Shown here piece by piece: positions 13,063 through 25,269 of a DNA stretch of 64,000 nt. Every line of letters starts with the position of its first letter. The first letter of the stretch is position 1. The position numbers and the translations under genes were made by a program. Below the pieces are notes generated by a model. That model saw only the letters and a list, made by a program, of their open reading frames with translations. It did not search any database and was not told the origin of the DNA. Location: positions 682,001 through 746,000 of the forward strand of contig NW_027590197.1 in the NCBI RefSeq assembly GCF_964213995.1. The letters are read 5' to 3'. This DNA is from Mustelus asterias (Eukaryota).

Positions 13063-14310
13063 ATGGAGAAACCATGGAAATGTGGGGACTGTGGGAAGAG
13101 ATACAGAGCCCCATCAGAGCTGGAAGATCATCGGCACAGCCACACTGGGGAGAGACCATTTACTTGCTCTCAGTGTGGGGAGGGATTCACTCGGGTATCC
13201 CAGCTGCAGAGACACCAGCGAGCTCACACTGGGGAGAGGCCCTTCACCTGCTCTCAGTGTGGGAAGGGATTCACTCGGTCATCCAGCCTGCAGGCACACC
13301 AGCGAGTTCACACTGGGGAGAGACCGTTCACCTGCTCTCAGTGTGAGAAGGGGTTCAGTCAATTGGCTAACCTGCAGAGACACCAGCGAGTTCACACTGG
13401 GGAGAGGCCGTTCACCTGCTCTCAGTGTGAGAAAGGGTTCAGTCATTTAGCTAACCTGCAGAGACACCAGCGAGTTCACACAGGGGAGAGACCTTTCACC
13501 TGCTTTCAGTGTGGGAAGGGATTCACTGATTTATCCACCCTGCGGAGACACCAGCGAGTTCACACTGGGGAGTGGCCGTTCACCTGCTCTATGTGTGGGA
13601 AGGGGTTCAGTCAATTAGCTGAGCTGCAGACGCACCAGCGAGTTCACACTGGGGAGAGACCATTCACCTGCTCTCAGTGTGAGAAGGGGTTCACTGATTT
13701 ATTCACCCTGCGGACTCACCAGCGAGTTCACACTGGGGAGTGGCCGTTCACCTGCTCTGAGTGTGAGAAGGGGTTCAGTCAATTATCTAACCTGCAGAAG
13801 CACCAGCGAGTTCACACTGGGGAGAGATCGTTCACCTGTTCTCATTGTGGGAAGGGATTCACTGATTTATCCACTCTGCGGAGACACCAGCGAGTTCACA
13901 CTGGGGAGTGGCCTTTCACCTGCTCTATGTGTGGGAAGGGGTTCAGTCAATTAGCTAAGCTGGAGACCCACCAGCGAATTCACACTGGGGAGAGACCGTT
14001 CACCTGCTCTCAGTGTGGGAAGGGATTCACTGATTTATTCACCCTGCGGACTCACCAGCGAGTTCACACTGGGGAGAGGCCGTTCACCTGCTCTCAGTGT
14101 GAGAAGGGGTTCAGTCAATTATCCAACCTGCAGAAGCACCAGCGAGTTCACACTGGGGAGAGACCGTTCACCTGCTCTCAGTGCGGGAAGGGGTTCAGTC
14201 AATTATCTAACCTGCAGACGCACCAGCGCCTTCATACTGGGGAGAGACCGTTCACCTGCTCTCAGTGTGGGAAGGGGTTCAGTCAATTATCCACCCTGCG
14301 GACACACTAG
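13063..14310 (+). CDS. C2H2 zinc-finger protein, 14 full fingers; premature TAG in finger 15, ancestral stop at 14409
   Basis: ACCATGGAG start at 13063; CAC TAG CGA where paralogous fingers have CAC CAG CGA; one more finger follows in frame; acceptor TTTTACAG ends at 12732. Confidence 0.8.
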   Translation: MEKPWKCGDCGKRYRAPSELEDHRHSHTGERPFTCSQCGEGFTRVSQLQRHQRAHTGERPFTCSQCGKGFTRSSSLQAHQRVHTGERPFTCSQCEKGFSQLANLQRHQRVHTGERPFTCSQCEKGFSHLANLQRHQRVHTGERPFTCFQCGKGFTDLSTLRRHQRVHTGEWPFTCSMCGKGFSQLAELQTHQRVHTGERPFTCSQCEKGFTDLFTLRTHQRVHTGEWPFTCSECEKGFSQLSNLQKHQRVHTGERSFTCSHCGKGFTDLSTLRRHQRVHTGEWPFTCSMCGKGFSQLAKLETHQRIHTGERPFTCSQCGKGFTDLFTLRTHQRVHTGERPFTCSQCEKGFSQLSNLQKHQRVHTGERPFTCSQCGKGFSQLSNLQTHQRLHTGERPFTCSQCGKGFSQLSTLRTH

Positions 14311-14406
<96 letters not shown>

Positions 14407-16159
14407 TGATTCCAGGGGTTGGATTCTGCTGTTATTGTTTCTGCTCTCAATTACATCCAGGACTGCATTTTGTTCATTCTCACAGTTGGTCAATGGGGAG
14501 GGTCGGAGGGTTTCTTTCTGCTGGACTGGCCGGTCTCATGACTTTGCCTCCAGTGGGCTGATGCTCTTTGAGTCTTGTTGCGAATACCTGGTTTCAGATT
14601 TCACACGGATCACAGAGTGACAGGGTGTGAGGAAGTTAAGAGTTACTATTTCTGTTTGAAACTTCCCAAATGCTCATCCAATTTCCTTTGTAATTGTTTA
14701 CTGTCTCCACTTCCTCCACCCTCGTAGGCAGCGAGTTCCAGGTCATTACCATTCACTGCATCAAAATATTCTTCCTCACATCCCCCCTTCCTCTCTGACC
14801 CAAAACCATAAATCTGTGTCCCCCTCGTCCTTCTCTCGTCAGCTAATGGGAACAGCTTTTCTTTGTCCATCTTATCTAAACCTGTCAGAATCTTGTCCAC
14901 CTCTATCAAATCTACCCTCAACCTCCTTGCTCCAAGGGGAACAACCCTAGCCTGACATTGACAATAAAGAACAAACTAACAGAATATGTTAATACCTGAA
15001 ATCAAATGGGAATGTTTAATTTCTGTTTTAAAGAAATCATGAATATATTGTCCCGTACAATAAAGGGATTTGAATAACTCAGCTTGAGTGCAGTTGAATG
15101 AAATGTCTCAATCGCGTATCCACCCACAGTCGAGAGGAAGTGTGGAATGTGTAGCTGGAAATCCCTCCCTAACAGCACTGTGGGTGTACTTACACCTTCG
15201 GCATTATAGCAGTTCAGGAAGGCAGTGTTGGCGCTGATCGTGGCCGAGGCAGCTACATACAGCCACATATTCTGTTATAACTGAAGGACTGCAGATTAAA
15301 TGTGCGGCATTATGGGACTGGACTATCTTGACCACATTCCTGTGACTGCTCAGTTTCTGCAATCATGAACCATTAAAGCTGCTTAGCAGGGTCCTGACAG
15401 AGGACCTGGTGAGAATATTTACTCAGAATGAGTGAGAATGAAACTTATTCCAGGACCGGCTGGTGTTCAGTGGCTGAGATTCCCGAATCTGTAAAAAGGG
15501 GGTCTGACCAGTGGTAGGTAGTCCGGTAAGAAGCGTTCTCATGCATTATTTAAATTATTTTATCATGAAGTTGTGATCAGAACTGTGAGGGACTTGTAAC
15601 CCAATAGTTGTTGAATTGACGGTAAACTCCAAGTAGCACTGGACTGAAAAGGGGGTCTGACCAAGAAGTGAAGTGATCTCAGGCATTGTTTAAATTACAT
15701 CATCATTGGCCAACTTCCCCTTTGTGATGTCACAATGGAGTCCTGCCTGAATCAGCCAATAGGAATCACTCTGCTCCGCGGTGACGTCTCTGGGTTCCAG
15801 TGCTCAGGCCCGGGCGCACAGACCTGGGAGCCCCGCCCCCACCCATTGTTCCCCTCCCCCTACACCACATCGAGCCAAGGTTTCCAGGCAACCGGCTGGC
15901 GGCTCCGGCCAGAGCGAGAAGCTGCTCGGTGATCTCCCCCTCCCCCCGGCCCGGGACTGCGCATGTCCAAGGGAGGGGGAAGCTGCGAATTGCAGGGCAG
16001 ATCCTGCCCCCTGACCTTCTGAGGTGTTGATTAATAGGAAGAGTTGGAGGACCGGAAGGACTCTGGTCCTCCAGCTGATCAGAGCGCGGGCTTTGCGTGA
16101 ATGAAGATTGAGCTTCAGACAGACTGAAACTTCCTCCTGTCTCCAACATCAGAGAGGTT

Positions 16160-16232
16160 GTTTCTGTAGTGAAGTGGTTGTCACGTTTGCCTGACACGCG
16201 AAAGGTCCCCGGGTCAGAACCGGGCAGGAATG
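16160..16232 (+). tRNA. tRNA-Val-derived gene with GAC anticodon, probably a pseudogene
   Basis: GTTTCTGTAGTGAAGTGGTTGTCACGTTTGCCTGACACGCGAAAGGTCCCCGGGTCAGAACCGGGCAGGAAT follows vertebrate tRNA-Val; stems can pair, but the T-loop/B-box is altered. Confidence 0.8.
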
Positions 16233-16239
16233 TTAATTT

Positions 16240-17089
16240 GTTAATTCCAGCATCAAAGTGGGAAGGGGGAGGAAGGTGAGCTGTTGCCTGCCTGCCTGCT
16301 GTCGTCTGGCCTGCCTGCCTGTCGTCTGGCCTGCCTGCCGTCTGGCCTGCCTGTCTTCCGTCCGTCCGCCCACTGGAGGGTGCTCTCTCCCTGGAGGGAG
16401 AGAGGACACGGAGTGACTTTCTTTCTTTTTTCTTTCTATCTATGGGAGGGAGGACTGCACGTTTCAACATCGAGGGACTGAGTGGTTGGGCTGGTGCCCT
16501 CATCATCAGAAGGTCGGTGCCTGAAAGGGATGGGGGGGTGAAGTAAATTCAGACTGTTTTTTCCATCTGGGGGGGGGGGGCGGTGAAGACACCCCGGACT
16601 TGAACTGTTTGCGCCCAAAAGGGCTGGAGGAGTAAAGACCCCCACCCACTGCTGCTGCCCCCAACACCGGCGCCCCCAACACCGGCACCCCCTCCCCTCT
16701 TTCCCCCTGACTGGGGCACCGGCCCCCCTCCGTGCCTTGTCCCTCGTCCTCCCTCCTGCTCCTCCGACCTCCTCTCTCGCTCCGGGGAGAGAGCACCTAG
16801 ATCCCCATCCACCTACCCTACCCTCCCTTATTTTTCCCTCCTCTTATACGCCCTGCCGTGGCAGAGCCTTCTCGGCCCACCTATGCGGGCGTGGCGGCTG
16901 CCAGAGCCCCCGCCGCTCCCAAGGCCCTGCCACCTTTTTCGTTGCTCACGCGGCAGCTCGGGGTTAAGTGCTACGCCCACCCCGACATGTCCATCGAGGC
17001 CTGTGTCAAGGCAATGGCTGGGGTTGTCGGCCCCTCAGCCATTGTCGCGGCCTCTAAGATGTACGGCCGGGCCGTATTCTTTTTGAAGG
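16240..17089 (+). mobile_element. 5' end of a Tx1-clade LINE (putative 5'UTR plus ORF1 N-terminus)
   Basis: PPFSLLTRQLGVKC..SIEACVKAMAGVVGPSAIVAASKMYGRAVFFLK resembles the Tx1 ORF1 N-terminus; cut off at the duplication breakpoint; the 5' boundary is approximate. Confidence 0.7.
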
Positions 17090-17410
17090 CCACCCACCCG
17101 CCACATTTATCATTCCCCGCGCGCCGCCCTCTACCTTGTATTGTTCTCGCTTCCAAGTTGAAACCGTCCGTCCGCCGCCGCCATTACCCGCACTGCGCAT
17201 GCTTCAGGTCCCGCCCCTCATTCACTCCGATTGGTTGGAGGACCAGCCGCTCCCGCTCGGTCCTCCAGTCCCGCCCCCTCTTCCTATTGGTCCGGAGCTG
17301 GCGTCAATCAGCTCCCGGGCATTGTGATGTGGAGCATGCGCAGTGTCATTGCTGGCCTTGGCGCTTGTTTGTCCCGGAGGAGCGGAGTCAGCGTTAGGCG
17401 GTGGCTGGGA
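17090..17410. promoter_or_regulatory. CpG promoter module
   Basis: Same NRF1-like, CCAAT, GC-box and dyad layout as 6440-6760, inverted. Confidence 0.7.
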
Positions 17411-18337
17411 GGATTTGGAAACACTTTGTGGATCCGCAAACCCTTCAGAATCATTGTCAGCTCCCTGGTTTGCAGCTGCGGGGCTTCTCCCTCCCTCCCT
17501 CCCGGGAACAGGCCCAGGTTAACGGCCCCATCCTGGCTCAGCCACTGGAGGATGGTTCACATCAGAGGATGGGGGAGGGGGACAATAAATAAGAGGTTAC
17601 ACTTTGGCCTCAAATCAATGAGGACTCTGATCTCTGGGAAGGAAGGAAACCCTGGGAGGTGGGCGGGAAGGATTCACAAACACCCGCTGGAGGCCCCAAC
17701 ATCCCCAATAAGACCCATTGGTTTTATTGTCAGTCTGCAGACAGGAGCTGGAGAACTGAACCCAGACAGAGGAGAGGGAGGGAGAAAACTGGGAGTGGAG
17801 GAAAGAAATGGTGAGATGGGTTTGGATTTCAGCCCAGGGAGGAGGGAGAGTGTGTGGGACGGAGATTTACAGATTTGGGGGAACAAGAGAGGAAAAAATG
17901 TTCCAGACGAACTAGAATTGTCTGTTCAGAGTTTCTATCGTGTTCTGACAGTGATGACTTTTCTAAACTGTTTTTACAGGATATTGGAAGTGAAAGATTG
18001 GCAGACAGAAAATTCAAACCGGACATCACATCTGACAAAGTCATTCAGTTCCTTCGGAGCTGAATATCATTGGTCTTTGAATATAGAAAGAGAAATATTT
18101 GTCTGTTCTGCCTGTGGGCAAAGAAATTAAACATCAGTGTGACCGGAAAAGCATCGAGACAAACACACACCCGAGTGAGAGTGTTCCAGTGAACTGAATG
18201 TGGAAAGAGCTTTAACCAGTTACACAGCCTGAAAAAACATCACAGTTCACAGCAGGGTGAAACTACGTGTATGTTGTGTGTGTGGATGAGGCTTGAACTG
18301 ATCATCCAACCTGGAGAAACACAAGGACACCCGCACC

Positions 18338-19318
18338 ATGGAGAAACCGTGGAAATGTGTGGATTGTGGGAAGGGATTCGGTTTCCCATCACAACTGGAA
18401 GTTCATCGGCGCAGTCACACTGGGGAGAGACCGTTCACCTGCTCCGTCTGTGGGAAGGGATTCACCCATTCATACAAACTTCTGACTCACCAACGGGTTC
18501 ACACTGGGGAGAGGCCGTTCACCTGCCCTGTGTGTGGGAAGGGATTCACTCGCTCATCCCACATTGTGACACACCAACTTGTTCACACTGATGAGAGAAT
18601 GTTTACATGTTCTGACTGTGAGAAGAGTTTTAAATGCAAAAAGGATCTGCTGACACACCAACGAATTCACACTGGGGAGAGACCGTTCACCTGCTCTGTG
18701 TGTGGGAAAGGATTCATTCAGTCATCCCACTTGCAGACACATCAACTTGTTCACTCTGATAACAAACTTTTTAATTGTTCCCACTGTGAGAAAAGCTTTA
18801 AAAATAAAAAGGATCTGCTAACGCACCAATATGCTCACACTGGGGAGAGGCCATTCACCTGCTGTGTGTGTGGGAAGGGATTCAGCCGTCCATCTGCCCT
18901 ATTGAACCACCAGAGAATTCACACTGGGGAGAGGCCCTTCACCTGCTCAGACTGTGGGAAGGGATTCACTTGTTCATCCAACTTATTGAATCACCAGCGA
19001 GTTCACACTGGGGAGAGGCCGTTCACCTGCTCTGTGTGTGGGAAGGGATTCAGTCAGTCATCCAACCTGCTGACACACCAGAAAGTTCACAGTGCGGAGA
19101 GGCCATTTACCTGCTCTGTCTGTGGGAAGGGATTTTCTCATTTATCTTATCTTCTGAAACACCAGCGAGTTCACACTGGGGAGAGGCCGTTCACCTGTAA
19201 TGTCTGTGGAAAGGGATTTATTCAGTCATCCCACCTGCTAACACACCAGCGAGTTCACAAACGACTGCAAGGTTTGGATTCTACTCTTAATGATGCTGTT
19301 AATCATATCCAGGACTGA
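18338..19318 (+). CDS. Intact C2H2 zinc-finger protein, 11 fingers, no effector domain seen
   Basis: 326-aa ORF, ACCATGG start, CxxC..HxxxH repeats; acceptor TTTTTACAG ends at 17979. Confidence 0.9.
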   Translation: MEKPWKCVDCGKGFGFPSQLEVHRRSHTGERPFTCSVCGKGFTHSYKLLTHQRVHTGERPFTCPVCGKGFTRSSHIVTHQLVHTDERMFTCSDCEKSFKCKKDLLTHQRIHTGERPFTCSVCGKGFIQSSHLQTHQLVHSDNKLFNCSHCEKSFKNKKDLLTHQYAHTGERPFTCCVCGKGFSRPSALLNHQRIHTGERPFTCSDCGKGFTCSSNLLNHQRVHTGERPFTCSVCGKGFSQSSNLLTHQKVHSAERPFTCSVCGKGFSHLSYLLKHQRVHTGERPFTCNVCGKGFIQSSHLLTHQRVHKRLQGLDSTLNDAVNHIQD

Positions 19319-20249
19319 ATCGTGTTCACTCTGACAGTCTTCATCCGTTGAGGTTTAATATTCTGAATAAATATGAAATAGACCAGCTTTGTTTTTTAAA
19401 ATTGTTGTCGATTTTTGTCTTCCCCACCTGACCCCACATCACCAGGCTGGAGCTCAGAAAGGACAATCGGGGGAGGATCATATGGCAAACAGGACGCAGT
19501 CCTTCAGGGTCACAGAGAGGGACAAACAGCACTTTGCTCTTCCTCATCTCTCTTCACGACAGCAAAGTACCCGTGTGGTTTAATCCTGAGATGTGCAAGA
19601 ACCTCAGTCGCTCCCTTCTATGTTTCAGCGCTCCTAGACCAGGAACAGAAGTTCCTTTACAACTGTGTTTAGAGTCAGGAAGAACAACAGTGAATGCTGG
19701 TAGGATGCTGCTAAATCAGAGATTGGTGCAAAACTCGGATCTGTTCCTGACTGAGAGTGAAACGGCAGGATTAGATTTCCAGACTGAAAATGCAGAAAAG
19801 TCTAAAATATTTTAATGTGTTTGTGTCAGTGCCAGTTTATTGAACAGAAACCAGTTTAAAATAAATTGGTTAAAGTCTGCATTAAAGTAGCAGCTGGAGA
19901 GTTCAAAGGAACCTGTTATCTGCTGGGACAATTAGACAACAATTTGATTCCCAGATAAAAAGGAGCTACAGCGTGTCCAAGAATTCCCAGTTTTATTGAT
20001 GTGGCTTCCCACACACTGTCCTTTTAAATAAACCTCACTCCTATCAACCTTTAACCATTATAAACAGAATAGAGAGAAGAGTGAAGCTGTGCCTGTCCCT
20101 TTAACTGGAAACTGAACAGCATCAAGCCCCAACTGTCCCTTTAAGAATGAATGATGTGTTCAGCTGAAGATTCCTATTGGTAGTTTTCTGGGTGATCTCC
20201 TTATTTTGGATTATTCTCAGTGATCCTCAGTTGTGTGAACCTCTTCTCA

Positions 20250-20530
20250 CTCACTTAATATCTCTCCTCTCTGTCAGATACTCACTTAATATCTCTCCTC
20301 TTTGTCAGATACTCAATATCTCTCCCCTCTGTCAGGTACTCACTTAATATCTCTCCTCTTTGTCAGATACTCAATATCTCTCCTCTCTGTCAGATACTCA
20401 ATATCTCTCCTCTCTGTCAGATACTCAATATCTCTCCTCTCTGTCAGATACTCAATATCTCTCCTCTCTGTCAGGTACTCAGTTAATATCTCTCCTCTGT
20501 CAGATACTGACTCACTTAACATCGCTCTCC
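20250..20530. repeat. About 27-31-bp minisatellite TCAATATCTCTCCTCTCTGTCAGATAC
   Basis: About 9 visible units. Confidence 0.85.
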
Positions 20531-20814
20531 TCTCAGACACTCATTTCACTTACCTTCCACCTCTACACTCAATTAAACACGCTCCTTTCACTCCCTTAAC
20601 CTCTCTCTCAAATACTGTCTCAGTCACTTAACCTCTATCTTTCTCTCAGACACTCATTCATTTAACTTTTTTTATGTCAGATAGTGCTGAAACTCACTTA
20701 ATTTTTTTATTCTCTGGTTATCTCTCTCTAAAAAAGCACCAAACACCTTCAATCTCTCTTCTCTGTCTGAGACAACATCGAATTTACAGAGACTCAATCT
20801 TCTCTCTCTGTTTT

Positions 20815-21165
20815 TTTTATTCATATGTGGGACACAGGTGCCGCTGACTGGCCAGCATTTATTACCCATCCCTAGTTGCCCTTGTTCAGAAGGCAGCTGA
20901 GAGTCAACCACATTGCTGTGGCCCTGGAGTCACATGTCGGCGAGGCCGGGTAAGGACGGCAGATTTCCTTCCCTAAAGGACATTAGCGAACCAGATGGGT
21001 TTTTCTGACAATGGCTTCATGGTCATCACTCGATTCTTAATTCCAGATGTTTTGAATTGAATTCAAATTCCACCATCTGCCATGGCGGTATTCGAATCTG
21101 GGTCCCCAGAAAATTTGCTGAGTTTCTGCATTAACATCTAGCGATAATACCACGAGGCCATTGTC
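20815..21165 (-). mobile_element. Older tRNA-derived SINE (Deu/Sac-SINE-like), absent from arm A
   Basis: Minus strand reads GGTTCGCTAATGTCCTTTAGGGAAGGAAATCTGCCGTCCTTACC; related copies near 38225-38495 and 47130-47270. Confidence 0.6.
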
Positions 21166-22139
21166 GCCCCACTTCTCTCTCCCACTTCCTCTGACAGGCC
21201 CTGACTCACTCTCATTTTCTGATATCCCTCTTTGGGGGAAACTCATTCCTTTCTATAATTTCCCCCCATCTCTCCCAGTGATGACCCTCAGTCCAGCTCC
21301 CAATTCATTGACTGTTAAAAACCCAAATAATCTTTGTTTATTGTTTAACATGGGAATGGAGGTGAATGTAATGCTGAGAGCGGCAGCAATCTGTGTGGTT
21401 GTTCTTGATGCTGTCAGAGTGAGTTCACCCTCACAGGCAGGAAGAATATTCACGGTGATAACATCTCAAACTGATGTCGCCTGTTTCATTCTCAGGAAAT
21501 ACAACTTCCTTTTCTCTGCTGCCGGTTGCAAACCGCGCATCTCACTTCTGGGCAAAAAATAAATCCAGGGAACATGTATCAGTGCGGCCTATATCCGTCC
21601 ACAGAGACAGGGCAGAGTCACACAGGATCACATTGCAGTGACATTTACAAATGAGTCTGTTATTTCTGTTCAGAGTCTCCATTCCGGATATAATGAGCTG
21701 TATTTGTGGATCAGTCACTGAGTTCCCTCTGCTCCCCATAGCTGGGGACTGATTGCCTGCTCCCTTATATTGTATATCATTCTCTCTGAATTGCTTGTTT
21801 CCTCTGTTTCTCAGCTTTTATCTCTGACCACCTCATCTTTCTGTTTTTTAAAATCTCTCTCAATGTTTCTGTCTTTCTGTCTCTCCTCTGTATCTCTCTC
21901 AGTCTCTGTGTGTTCCTATTTAACCGAGATGTTCAGCATCATGAAGGGTTTCTGATTGATTATAGAAGGAAAAACAGGGAAAAAAGCAGAAAAACTCAGC
22001 AAGTCAGAGAGAAACAGTTAACATTTTGAGTCCATATGATTCTTCAGGGCAGGAAAAACATGGGTTTTTCTGTCTTAGATCAGGGTACGTGATGGGGAGG
22101 TTTAATAGAGGTGTTTAAAATGACAAACGATTTATGATA

Positions 22140-22345
22140 GTGTCAATGGAGAGGAACTGTTTCCCAGGTGCAGGAGAGTCTGTCGATGGAGAGAAACTTA
22201 CCCAGGTGCAGAAGGGTCTGTCGATGGGGAGAAACTTTCCCAGGTGCAGAAGGGTCTGTCGATGGAGAGAATCTATTTCCCAGGTATTGGAGGGTCTGTC
22301 GATAGGAAGAAACTGTTTCCCAGGTGCAGGAGAGTCTGTACACAG
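22140..22345. repeat. About 41-43-bp tandem repeat, about 5 units
   Basis: GTCTGTCGATGGAGAGAAACTTACCCAGGTGCAG units. Confidence 0.8.
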
Positions 22346-22474
22346 AGGGGATACAGAGATTTAACATAATTGACAACTTAACTGGAGAGGGTGATGAGGA
22401 TGATTTTTTACACAATAATTTGATGCAATCTGGAATGTACAAACTGACAGGTGCTAGAAGCAGATTTCAAGTAA

Positions 22475-22737
22475 AGTTTATTAGTCACAAGTAAGGCTTA
22501 CATTAACACTGCAATGAAGTTATGTGAAATTCCCCGTGTCGCCACAGTCCGGCACCTGTTTGGGTCAATGCATCTAACCAGCACGTCTTTCAGAATGTGG
22601 GAGGAAACCGGAGCACCCGGAAGAAACCCACGCAGACACGGGGAGAACGTGCAAACTCCACACAGTGACTCAAGCCGGGAATTGAACCCGGCGCTGTGAA
22701 GCAGCAGTGCTAACCACTGTGCCGCCGTGCTGCCCAG
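22475..22737 (-). mobile_element. V-SINE, second tail type
   Basis: GAGGAAACCGGAGCACCCGG core; TTAGTCACAAGTAAGGCTTACATTAAC tail. Confidence 0.8.
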
Positions 22738-23560
22738 CCACCGTGCTGCCCAATTTAATAGTAAATGTCAAAGAGAATTGGATAAATACTTGCAGAGGGA
22801 ATTTGGCAGAACGATGGTAAATGGGATTAATTGACAGTTCACTCGTCTTTGTGACACTCTGAATGTTTCTCTCCTGAGGTTTTAACATTTGATCTTTTCA
22901 GTCACAATGTGTCTCAAACAGAAGATCAAAACATTGGGTTTGATGAGCTGTCAGATCTGTTTCCCATGTGACTGTAACTCAAGAATTGCAGATAACCATG
23001 AGAAGGAACTGATTATTTTCAGTTCCTCTCACAGGTACACCTCAATATCAGAAATCTCTGGAGTTCCCCATGTCCTCATTATTCTCCCCTTGAGCATAAC
23101 AGCTCTCAGTCAAGTAGAGTCAGTAACACATGTCTCTGCCATGATGTTTGCATTCCTATTTTCCCATTCACCTCCCAGTGACACTCAGCATAACACACAA
23201 ACCTCAAACTATCATTGCCCCTTACATCTTGTCCTCCTCTTACAAGCAAATATTTGTTGGGCCTCTTGTCTCCCTTAATGTCAGGTTACCTGCAGGCAAA
23301 ATGACCTCAGCGACACTGGAACCGATCTTTGTGATTATCATTGTTACACCAGATTCCAATCAGCCCCAGGACCTGCAGTTGTAAAATGCAGTAACATTTT
23401 AATATCAGGCATGTTATTGTCAAATAGTAAGTGGCAGAGTGACAAATAACAGAATTGGAATATATTATATCAATAGACCATGACTCACTCGCTATCAAAT
23501 GAGACCCAAACTTTGGTTATGGTGCACGAGATATTGACTGTATTATCATTACATTGGATC

Positions 23561-24750
23561 CCCGGGCCTAGAATACCCGACGCTAAAATGCCACCCTGAC
23601 TACCTTCCATGGGAGTTCACCTCTGTTAGCCTGACAGCAGTTTACGTCCCACCCCACGCAGGCGTGAAGACGGCATTGGATGAAATATACACCACCACAA
23701 ATAGCCTTGAGACGAGGCCTTGTCCTGAGGCCTTGTTCATCGTAGCCGAAACTTCAATCAGGCCAAGCTCAAGGGTGTTCTACCAAGGTACCTGCAACAC
23801 ATCTCCTGTTCCATCAGAGGCCCAAACATCCTAGACCACTGCTATACAAATATCAAAAATGCCTACTGCTCTATCACCAGCCCACACCTTGGAAAATCAA
23901 GTCTGTGCTCCTGCTCCCAGCTTAAAAGCAAAAACTGAAATGGGAGAATCTGCCAAAGAAAGTCGTGCAATATTGGTCTGAGGAATCGGATGATCTCCTA
24001 CTAGACTGCTTAGAGTCAGTAGATTGGTCAGTATTTAAAAACTCTGTGACCAGCCTGAATGAGTCCTCCACTACAGTAACTGACTCATTAGTAAGCGTGT
24101 AGAAGACTGTGTGCCAAAGAAGCAAATCCATGTGTTTCCCAACCAGAAACCATGGATGAACAGGGATATCCACTGTCTGCTGAAGTTTAGATCTGAGACG
24201 TTCATGTCAGGCGACACTGACCTATACAAGACAGCCAGATATGATCTATGAAGATCCATCAAAGATGCCAAAAGACAGTACCGGATCAAGCTAGAATCCC
24301 AGGCTATCCACATGGATTCCCGTCGACTATGGCAAGGTCTGCAAGACATAAAAGGCTACGAGATTAAGGCAGGTAAAATCACCGGCTCCAATGCACCCCT
24401 CCCCACTGAGCTCAACACATTCTATGCCCGTTGTGAGCAAGAGGTCAGCGAGAGCACACCCTCCATCCCAGAAGCCTCGAATGATTCTGTATGTTAGGTC
24501 ACCAGTGCAGACATCAGAGTAGCCTTCTCAAAAGTCAACCCATGGAAAGCAACTGGCCCAGACGGGGTACCCCAATGAACACTGAGGTCCTGCGTGGACC
24601 AGCTGGCAAGGGTATTCACAGACATGTTCAACCTCTCATTACAACAATCTAAGGTCCCTACCTGCTTCAAGAAGAGGACCATCATCCCGATACCAAAGAA
24701 AAGCCAGGGCAGCGTGCCTTAATGACTATCATCCGGTGGCTCTGACAAAC
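23561..24750 (+). mobile_element. Degenerate Rex1-like LINE fragment (endonuclease to early RT)
   Basis: PNQKPWMN, RRLWQGLQDI and CLNDY-like segments homologous to 7773-9340; a 3' piece lies at about 24830-25135. Confidence 0.75.
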
Positions 24751-25269
24751 CATCTTTTTGTGATTCATGCACAAGGACACCCAGGTCCCTTTGCGCAGCA
24801 GCATGCTGCAATTTATTACCATTTAAATGCATGGTTGGGGACCCCGCGCACCCCCGACATTCTCTCTCTCACCTTCTTCCATCGGGAGGGGGATGCAGAG
24901 GTCTTGGGGTCGCGTGCCGACCGACTCGAGAGCAGCTTCTTCCCGTGCTGCTGTCGGACTTTTGGGTGGGCCTATCTTGCATTGGGTTGGTCTTTCTCTG
25001 CACCCTAGCTGTGGCTGTGGCACTGCATTCTGCGCTCTCTCATTTCCTTCTCTATGAACGGTATGTTTTGTCTTTATAGCGCAGAAGAAACAATACTTTT
25101 CATTGTATGCTAAAACATGTGACAATAAAAAAAAATAGTCCATTTTGCTGTTATTCCTACCAAAATGGATGACCTCACATTTACCAACATTGTACTCGAT
25201 TTCTGTTGGCAAAATAGGTTGCATGCTTACTTTTTAATTATACAATGTTCAGAGCACTAAATTTGACAC

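Larger units (their letters stand above)
17090..23560 (+). repeat. Arm B of the inverted segmental duplication
   Basis: Mirror of 617-6763; boundaries abut Tx1 and Rex1-like fragments. Confidence 0.9.

Noticed and set aside
16858-17397. 179-aa ORF as a Tx1-promoter fusion protein
   Set aside because: The C-terminal half is promoter sequence read through a breakpoint; no support for translation
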